Of a DNA stretch of 64,000 nucleotides, positions 57,949 to 64,000 are shown one piece after another; positions within the stretch are counted from its first letter, which is position 1, and every line of letters starts with the position of its first letter. Both the position numbers and the translations under genes were made by a program. The DNA is from Bacteroidota bacterium (GTDB lineage: Bacteria > Bacteroidota > Bacteroidia > Flavobacteriales > Flavobacteriaceae). The notes beneath the pieces were generated by a model. That model was not told where the DNA came from. It worked only from the letters and a program-made list of their open reading frames with translations, and did no database searches. The stretch is taken from contig CANFJB010000007.1 of the NCBI GenBank assembly GCA_947447375.1, forward strand, positions 48,280 to 112,279. Reading direction: 5' to 3'.

Positions 57949-58929
57949 ATGACTTTCAATAAATTCAAAGCTGCAGCAGTTCAAACTTCCCCAGTTTTTC
58001 TAAATGCTGACAAAACGATTGATAAAGCTATTACTTTTATAAAGGAAGCAGCTGAAAATGGTGCGCAATTGATTGCTTTTCCAGAGGTGTTTGTATCTGG
58101 TTATCCTTATTGGAATTGGATTATGACACCCGTTCAAGGAAGTAAATGGTATGAAAAATTATACAAAAGTGCTATAACTGCTGATGGTTCGGAAGTAAAA
58201 CGAATTTGTAATGCTGCCAAAGAATTCAATATACATATAGTTATTGGAATCAATGAAAAAGGAACAAGTTTTGGTGAGATTTACAACACCAATTTGATTA
58301 TTGATAATAATGGAAATCTTATTGGTAAACATAGAAAATTAGTACCCACTTGGGCTGAAAAACTCACTTGGACTTCTGGTGATGGCTCTTCATTAAAAGT
58401 ATATAAAACAGAAATTGGTCCAATTGGAACTTTAGCATGTGGAGAAAACACCAATACTTTAGCAAGATTTGCATTGCTCGCTCAAGGCGAATTAATTCAC
58501 GTTGCTAATTATATTTCGTTGCCAGTTGCACCTCCCGATTATGATATGGCAGAAGCAATAAAAATTCGTGCAGCCGCGCATTCATTTGAAGGAAAACTAT
58601 TTACAATTGTTTCATGCTCGACTATTTCTGAAGAAATTAAAGATGCACTTAGAGAAGATGTTCCGAATGTAGATGAATTATTAACACGTAAAAACTCTGC
58701 TTTTTCAGGATTTATAGGTCCTAATGGTGCAGCAATTGGAACGCCATTAATCGATGAAGAAGGAATTGTTTATGCTGATATCGATTTGGAAAAATGTATT
58801 CAGCCGAAACAAATGCACGATATTTTAGGACATTACAACCGATTTGACATTTTTGATTTGCGAGTAAATACAGCGCCAACAAGAAATATCACTTTTATAG
58901 ACAATCACGACCAGTTTAATAAACAATAA
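57949..58929 (+). CDS. Nitrilase-superfamily C-N hydrolase
   Basis: E-K-C triad: FPEVF, HRKLVPT..E, LACGEN; C-terminal DILGHYNRFD. Confidence 0.92.
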   Translation: MTFNKFKAAAVQTSPVFLNADKTIDKAITFIKEAAENGAQLIAFPEVFVSGYPYWNWIMTPVQGSKWYEKLYKSAITADGSEVKRICNAAKEFNIHIVIGINEKGTSFGEIYNTNLIIDNNGNLIGKHRKLVPTWAEKLTWTSGDGSSLKVYKTEIGPIGTLACGENTNTLARFALLAQGELIHVANYISLPVAPPDYDMAEAIKIRAAAHSFEGKLFTIVSCSTISEEIKDALREDVPNVDELLTRKNSAFSGFIGPNGAAIGTPLIDEEGIVYADIDLEKCIQPKQMHDILGHYNRFDIFDLRVNTAPTRNITFIDNHDQFNKQ

Positions 58930-58932
58930 ACT

Positions 58933-60042
58933 ATGGAAGCAAAACATTCAGACGACCAATTAGGAAGAGCTAGAGTTCAAGACACACCTGAATTAGAAGC
59001 TTATTATAATGAATTAGAACAATTAGGTGCTGGTGCTTTATGGACCGTTGCTAATGATATTGAACCTTGGGAACCTCGCTCCTCCTCTGTTCCGATGTTA
59101 TGGAAATATGACGATTTACGCGAATTGGTTTTGAAATCATCGGAATTGGTTACTCCAGAACAAGCAGGACGTCGAGTGGTTTATTTAGTAAATGACAATC
59201 GTAAAGATGTCAGCGCTGCTGTGGGTTGGTTATACACTGGAATCCAAGTGACACGTCCTGGAGAAAGTACATCTGCTCACAAACACAAAGCTTCTGCGCT
59301 CCGTTTTATTATGGAAGGCGAAGGTGGTTACACGGTAGTTGATGGAAACAAAATCACTTTCGAAGTCAATGATTTCGTTATTACTCCTAATTCTACTTGG
59401 CACGAACATGGCGTTGATGAAAATGGGAAAACGTGTATTTGGCAAGATGGTTTGGATATTCCGTTAGTAAACGCTTTGGAAGCAAATGATTATGCCGTTT
59501 ATGATGGTAAACAACCGTTGACTAAACCGGTAAATAATTCCCCAATTACTTTTGGTTGTGCTGGCTTAATTCCTGCAGATCAAACTTGGGATAAACCTTA
59601 TTCGCCATTATTTAAATATTCATGGAAAAACGTATATCCAGCTTTAATTGAAACTTCAATAGTGAATGAAGTTAATCCTTTTGACGGAATTTTGATGCAC
59701 TATACCAATCCGTTAACTGGTGGACACGTGATGCAAACAATGGGAGCAGCAATGCAATTATTACCTGCAGGATTCAAAGGAAAAGCGCACAAACATACCG
59801 GTTCATTTGTATACCAATGTGCTAAAGGTCGTGGTTATTCAATTATTAATGGAAAACGTTTCGATTGGGCAGCAAGAGATATTTTCTGTGTTCCAAGTTG
59901 GGCTTGGCATGAACATGTGAATCTTTCTGAAACCGAAGATGCTTGTCTTTTTTCATTTAACGATTTACCGGTCATTGAAAGTTTAGGGTTGTTTCAATCT
60001 CGAGAATTGGAAGAAAATGGTGGGTTTCAAGAAGTTCAATAA
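58933..60042 (+). CDS. Gentisate 1,2-dioxygenase-family bicupin ring-cleavage dioxygenase
   Basis: RRVVYLVN, AHKHKASALRFIMEG..GYTVVDG, ITPNSTWHEH, WQDGLDIPLV, second cupin HKHTGS..VPSWAWHEH. Confidence 0.88.
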   Translation: MEAKHSDDQLGRARVQDTPELEAYYNELEQLGAGALWTVANDIEPWEPRSSSVPMLWKYDDLRELVLKSSELVTPEQAGRRVVYLVNDNRKDVSAAVGWLYTGIQVTRPGESTSAHKHKASALRFIMEGEGGYTVVDGNKITFEVNDFVITPNSTWHEHGVDENGKTCIWQDGLDIPLVNALEANDYAVYDGKQPLTKPVNNSPITFGCAGLIPADQTWDKPYSPLFKYSWKNVYPALIETSIVNEVNPFDGILMHYTNPLTGGHVMQTMGAAMQLLPAGFKGKAHKHTGSFVYQCAKGRGYSIINGKRFDWAARDIFCVPSWAWHEHVNLSETEDACLFSFNDLPVIESLGLFQSRELEENGGFQEVQ

Positions 60043-60090
60043 CAATAGCAATTTCAATGGCAATGGCAATGTCAATGAAAATATCAAAAT
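60037..60090 (+). repeat. Degenerate CAATNN hexamer tandem repeat (about 9 units)
   Basis: caataa caatag caattt caatgg caatgg caatgt caatga aaatat caaaat. Confidence 0.75.
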
Positions 60091-60117
60091 AATAAACTTT
60101 GCGGTTAAACAATAATT

Positions 60118-61026
60118 ATGAAATTACTTACTTACAAAACACAAATATCAGAATCCAGATTGGGATTTATTCATAACAATCAGGTGGTTGATATGGAAGA
60201 TTTCGGGGATATTTCTAATTTTCCTTTACCATATTCTATGTTAGAATTAATAGATATGGGAATTGAAGTTATTGAAGAAATCAATTCTTTAGTTGAAGAT
60301 GCTAATCCTGCAGAACTGGCCGAAATCAGTTATTCATTTGACGAAATTACGATTCTTGCTCCTATCGAAAAACCAAGAAAAAACATTATCGGTATTGGGT
60401 TAAATTATACCGAACACGTTGCCGAAAGCGCTAGAACATTAGATACCACAGGGAAATTACCTCAAAAACCTATTATATTTTCAAAACCTCCAACAACAGT
60501 TACAGGTACCAATACCGAAATTATAAAAAATACCAAACTTACCGAGCAATTGGATTGGGAAGTAGAATTGGCTGTGATCATTGGTAAAAAAGGAAAATAT
60601 GTACCTAAAGAAACTGCGATGGATTGTATTTTTGGATACACCGTTATTAATGATATTTCGGCACGTGATTGCCGTCGTGAAGGACAATGGATTGTTTCGA
60701 AAGGTCAAGATACATTTGCTCCAATGGGTCCGTATTTAGTTACAAAAGACGAAATTGAAAATCCACATAATTTAAATTTGTCTTTAACTGTTAATGGCAT
60801 TGAAAAACAAAACTCCAACACCCAATTTCTATTATTCAATATCAATGATTTGATTAATGATTTGAGTACGGTTTTCACTTTAGAACCTGGAGATATTATT
60901 GCCACAGGAACACCTTCTGGAGTTGGTGCTGGAAGAAGTCCACAGGAATGGTTGTATGATGGAGACGTTGTAGAATGCACCGTTGAAGGAATTGGAACGA
61001 TAAGAAATACAATAAAAGAAATATAA
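60118..61026 (+). CDS. Fumarylacetoacetate hydrolase family protein
   Basis: IIGIGLNY.EH, IFSKP, DWEVELAV, NDISARD, KGQDTFAPMG, PGDIIATGTP.GVG. Confidence 0.93.
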   Translation: MKLLTYKTQISESRLGFIHNNQVVDMEDFGDISNFPLPYSMLELIDMGIEVIEEINSLVEDANPAELAEISYSFDEITILAPIEKPRKNIIGIGLNYTEHVAESARTLDTTGKLPQKPIIFSKPPTTVTGTNTEIIKNTKLTEQLDWEVELAVIIGKKGKYVPKETAMDCIFGYTVINDISARDCRREGQWIVSKGQDTFAPMGPYLVTKDEIENPHNLNLSLTVNGIEKQNSNTQFLLFNINDLINDLSTVFTLEPGDIIATGTPSGVGAGRSPQEWLYDGDVVECTVEGIGTIRNTIKEI

Positions 61027-61028
61027 TT

Positions 61029-61490
61029 ATGAAATTCAAAATAACATTAATTACTTTCATTTTTATTTGTTTAAACACCTATTCACAAAATACCATTATT
61101 AAAAAAGTGAATTATGCTAACATTGAAATTCAAGTTCCTGCAAATTATATTGCTAATTCAGAATACGAAATTGAAAATGATAATTTTTCGGCTCAGTGGT
61201 TATATCTTTCAAAAGAGATGTTTGATCAAAATGTACAATATCAATTAATAAAACAATTTGAAGATCAAACTAAAGCAAAAGAAATCTCAGAAATCAGTTT
61301 TTTATCTAATGGATCAATATTTAAAGGGAAAATTTATAAAATAAAAAACACCAATTTAAAATATAAAGTATTGGCTTCTGGAATAGTTAATAATCAACCA
61401 TTAATACTTAATTTAAGTTTTAAAAATGAACCTAAATCAAACACAGATTTTGATCAATTAATGCAAAACTTTATCAAATTAAAAGATTAA
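61029..61490 (+). CDS. Secreted hypothetical protein inserted in the catabolic operon
   Basis: Signal peptide MKFKITLITFIFICLNTYSQ; visibly more AT-rich than its neighbours; no catalytic motif. Confidence 0.65.
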   Translation: MKFKITLITFIFICLNTYSQNTIIKKVNYANIEIQVPANYIANSEYEIENDNFSAQWLYLSKEMFDQNVQYQLIKQFEDQTKAKEISEISFLSNGSIFKGKIYKIKNTNLKYKVLASGIVNNQPLILNLSFKNEPKSNTDFDQLMQNFIKLKD

Positions 61491-61514
61491 AAATTTGCGG
61501 TTAAATAAAAAATC

Positions 61515-62264
61515 ATGAAAAAATACAGAATAGGACAAATAGTTCCGTCTTCCAATGTGACGATGGAAACTGAAATACCAGCTATTTTTCGATCTCGTGA
61601 AACGATTTTACCCGAGCGATTTACTTTTCACAGCAGTAGAATGCGAATGAAAAAAGTAACTAAAGAAGAACTCGAAGCCATGGATGCCATGAGTTTAAAA
61701 TGTGCACAAGAACTTTCTGATGCTCATGTTGACGTAATGGGTTATGCTTGTTTGGTAGCCATTATGAGTATGGGTCGCGGTTATCACTGTGTGTCGGAAG
61801 TGAATTTACATCAGGAAACTATCGCCAACGACTTCCCTACTCCAATTGTAACTTCTGCTGGTGCGCTAATTAATGGATTGAAAGTTTTAGGTGCCAAAAA
61901 AGTGGCTGTAATTACACCATATATGCGACCGTTAACCGATATGGTAGTTGATTACATCGAACACCAAGGTTTTGAAGTAGTCGATTCCATTGCATTGGAA
62001 ATACCGGACAATTTAGAAGTTGCCGCACAAGATCCAATGAATTTACTGGAAATTTATAAGCGTTTGAACCTGGAAGGAGTTGATGTATTAGTAGCTTCTG
62101 CCTGTGTGCAAATGCCGTCTTTAGAAGCAATTGATTTAATCCAGAAAGAAATCGGAATTCCGGTAACTTCTGCAGCAGTTTGTACTACCTATGAAATGAT
62201 GAAAAAACTCGGAATCGAAGCCAAATCAGCTATTGGTGGTGAGTTATTGAGTGGAAAATATTAA
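61515..62264 (+). CDS. maiA: Maleate cis-trans isomerase (Asp/Glu racemase family, NicE/MaiA-like)
   Basis: IGQIVPSSN.TMETE, ERFTFHSSRMRM, GYACLVA and SACVQM (two catalytic Cys), closely matching the NicE/MaiA pattern. Confidence 0.93.
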   Translation: MKKYRIGQIVPSSNVTMETEIPAIFRSRETILPERFTFHSSRMRMKKVTKEELEAMDAMSLKCAQELSDAHVDVMGYACLVAIMSMGRGYHCVSEVNLHQETIANDFPTPIVTSAGALINGLKVLGAKKVAVITPYMRPLTDMVVDYIEHQGFEVVDSIALEIPDNLEVAAQDPMNLLEIYKRLNLEGVDVLVASACVQMPSLEAIDLIQKEIGIPVTSAAVCTTYEMMKKLGIEAKSAIGGELLSGKY

Positions 62265-62312
62265 GAGGACATAAATAGATTATTGATTAATTACAACATT
62301 TTATTTATAACT

Positions 62313-62345
62313 AAAAAAGAGCAACTATCAAGCTGCTCTTTTTTT
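62313..62345. terminator. Bidirectional terminator ending the aromatic operon
   Basis: AAAAAAGAGCA-ACTATCAAGC-TGCTCTTTTTT. Confidence 0.7.
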
Positions 62346-62366
62346 ATACTAATAGAATTGAAATAA

Positions 62367-63680
62367 TTATTTAGAATCATCATTCCACATTTCTCTGATA
62401 GTAACAAATTTACCATTTACATTTTTCCAAACGGTCATGTATTTACCGGTACTTTTTACTTTTCCAGAAGCATCTTTTTTAGTTGTGGTGCCAATTTCAG
62501 TAACAGTATTCTCATCGCCAAAAACATCTATAGTTTCGCTTGTGCTAGATATTCCTTTTTTCTTATTTGCCACAAGTTCTACTTCCATAGCTTTTCTAAT
62601 AGCCTCTTTTCCTGAAATAATTGTTTGATTATTAGGTAATCTAACAGCGTTTTCTGCATAAAGATCAGACAAGCTGTTTAAATCACCTGAATTATAATAA
62701 GTGTCCCAGTTTTTTTCTAATGCAATAATTTCTTGTTTTATTTTGGCCATTTTATCCTTTTCAGAAATTGGATTTACATCTTTACCAAAACTGTTTACAC
62801 TTGTAATCTTACCATTTAAATCATATGAATATTGAAGCATTTGATTTCTATTACTTGTAGAACCATCTTTCATCACATATTTCATATTTGAATTAACAAT
62901 TATTGCTGAAACTGGGTCAGTATCCGAAATTTTAATAGGAACAATTCCATTTATTTTCCAGGTAGCAGACTTCATTTTATTAATGTATCCTACCCAATCT
63001 TTTCTTGATATTTTTTCAACACTACCATTTGAATGATAGTATTTTAAAGAATCAGCAAAAAAACTAGAATAGGTTTCACCGTCCAATTTATTGAATGAAG
63101 CTGCCATCTTTTCGATTGTTTCTACTTCACCTCTATTTGTAAATGTAAAGGTTGCTGTACTGTCTTTCATGAAAAATTTTCCTCCATCGGTTAAACCAAA
63201 TTCATTGGTGCTTGGTAGGTTTTGAAATTGTTTGAAATCGGTGATTTTTCCTGATTTGTTTACAGTATATAACTCAAAAAGATATAATTTTTGCTTAGAT
63301 CCATTTTTCCATAAACGATCTTCTTGAGAAATTGCAAAAACAACATCCTCCTTAGAACCTTTTACCTTTAGCGGAACTAAAGCGATAGGTTGTTGGTTTA
63401 ATGATTTCATAGATTTATGCCATTTAGCATTAAAATCGCTAATTTCTTTAACCATTTTTTCTGAGTAAAAAGCCAACTCTTTTTTGGTGTCATTTGAATT
63501 GTAGGCTTTCATACTTTCTAAAACAATATTCATAGATTTATCGCTACCTAGTATATATTGTTTTCCTTTATCTTTTCCTTCGCTGAAAATTTTACCAGCA
63601 GAACTTGGATTTTGTGCAAATGTTATTGATGAAAAAGCAATTACAAAAGCTGAGCAAATTAATTTTAAATTTAATTTCAT
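62367..63680 (-). CDS. Secreted protein with three NTF2/SnoaL-like domains (C-terminal DUF4440-like)
   Basis: Signal peptide; repeated helix + YS..M/FADS..YY + G.KI..F/V patterns; last domain LYAENA..GK..I...GKYMTVWK..NGKF. Confidence 0.65.
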   Translation of the reverse strand: MKLNLKLICSAFVIAFSSITFAQNPSSAGKIFSEGKDKGKQYILGSDKSMNIVLESMKAYNSNDTKKELAFYSEKMVKEISDFNAKWHKSMKSLNQQPIALVPLKVKGSKEDVVFAISQEDRLWKNGSKQKLYLFELYTVNKSGKITDFKQFQNLPSTNEFGLTDGGKFFMKDSTATFTFTNRGEVETIEKMAASFNKLDGETYSSFFADSLKYYHSNGSVEKISRKDWVGYINKMKSATWKINGIVPIKISDTDPVSAIIVNSNMKYVMKDGSTSNRNQMLQYSYDLNGKITSVNSFGKDVNPISEKDKMAKIKQEIIALEKNWDTYYNSGDLNSLSDLYAENAVRLPNNQTIISGKEAIRKAMEVELVANKKKGISSTSETIDVFGDENTVTEIGTTTKKDASGKVKSTGKYMTVWKNVNGKFVTIREMWNDDSK

Positions 63681-63697
63681 AATCTTTTATTTTAAAA

Positions 63698-64000
63698 TTA
63701 TTTGCTAGTTAAATACATCATAACAGCAGTAATATCTCCATATGATTGTTCGTATAAAATTTTACCATCTGCATCAAAATCATACGACTGGTACAATTTA
63801 AATTTAGCAGTTTTCGCTTCAGTAGAATCTGTTTTTTCAGTACTGATTTCCCAAGTGGAATAATTACGAACCGATCCATCAGGCATTTTTGTTTGTGAAT
63901 TTACTCCTGGTAAAAATATTGGTTCACCACCAATTAATTTAAAATTAAATTTAGCTAACATCATTTTATCACCTTCCTTAAATTCTTCTAAAGAAATGGT
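63698..64000 (-). CDS. NTF2/SnoaL-like protein, 3' part (runs off the right edge)
   Basis: The frame is open to the window end (..TISLEEFKEGDKMMLA..); ends SYDFDADGKILYEQSYGD, similar to the domains of 62367-63680. Confidence 0.6.
   Translation of the reverse strand, partial: TISLEEFKEGDKMMLAKFNFKLIGGEPIFLPGVNSQTKMPDGSVRNYSTWEISTEKTDSTEAKTAKFKLYQSYDFDADGKILYEQSYGDITAVMMYLTSK

Noticed and set aside
83-62628. Short antisense or overlapping ORFs in the track (e.g. 83-286, 280-507, 1033-1242, 10929-11180, 17873-18166, 36271-36648, 56092-56484, 60705-60980)
   Set aside because: They lie within or opposite well-supported CDSs and have no recognisable motifs; treated as shadow ORFs
1-64000. CRISPR array, rRNA, IS transposase, prophage
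   Set aside because: No regularly spaced repeat-spacer array, rRNA-like sequence, DDE/HUH transposase or phage hallmark genes were seen
1-64000. Absence of Shine-Dalgarno motifs
   Set aside because: Normal for Bacteroidota, which use A-rich translation initiation regions

Overview
AT-rich chromosomal segment of a Bacteroidota bacterium, most likely Flavobacterium (fused lpxC-fabZ, PorX, T9SS C-terminal sorting domains, TAnnTTTG promoter boxes). The housekeeping core is tRNA-Val, DUF4258, ald-like, tsaE, porX, HD protein, lpxD-lpxC/fabZ-lpxA-efp-lpxD2, sucD, fabG, two helicases and acs. Five accessory modules sit in this core. (1) 1-5128: AraC-controlled PhyH dioxygenase / TIM-barrel / sugar porter / GH92 cluster. 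(2) 5328-8813: a 1161-aa mosaic exported protein. (3) 24198-32621: a 9-gene ECF sigma / anti-sigma / CnrX-Spy-like sensor / MbnP / MbnH-like peroxidase / T9SS multicopper oxidase / redoxin / 2x YHYH operon. It contains two identically spaced internal ECF-type promoters (GCAAG-N16-CGTCTAA). (4) 35653-42159: LTA-synthase-like gene, Rieske lipoprotein, two-component system, ferritin-VIT1 fusion and a DUF2231-like gene. (5) 52979-62264: a CoA-dependent aromatic catabolic operon. Its gene set (CoA ligase, AbmA-like monooxygenase with a degenerate reductase motif, thioesterase, gentisate-type dioxygenase, FAH hydrolase, nitrilase-family enzyme, maleate isomerase) suggests an undescribed anthranilate -> 5-hydroxyanthranilate -> maleamate -> fumarate route. 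Two copies of a structured 68-bp REP/MITE-like element are also present. No CRISPR array, rRNA, transposase or integrase was seen. All family assignments come from motif recognition by eye; no database searches were run.
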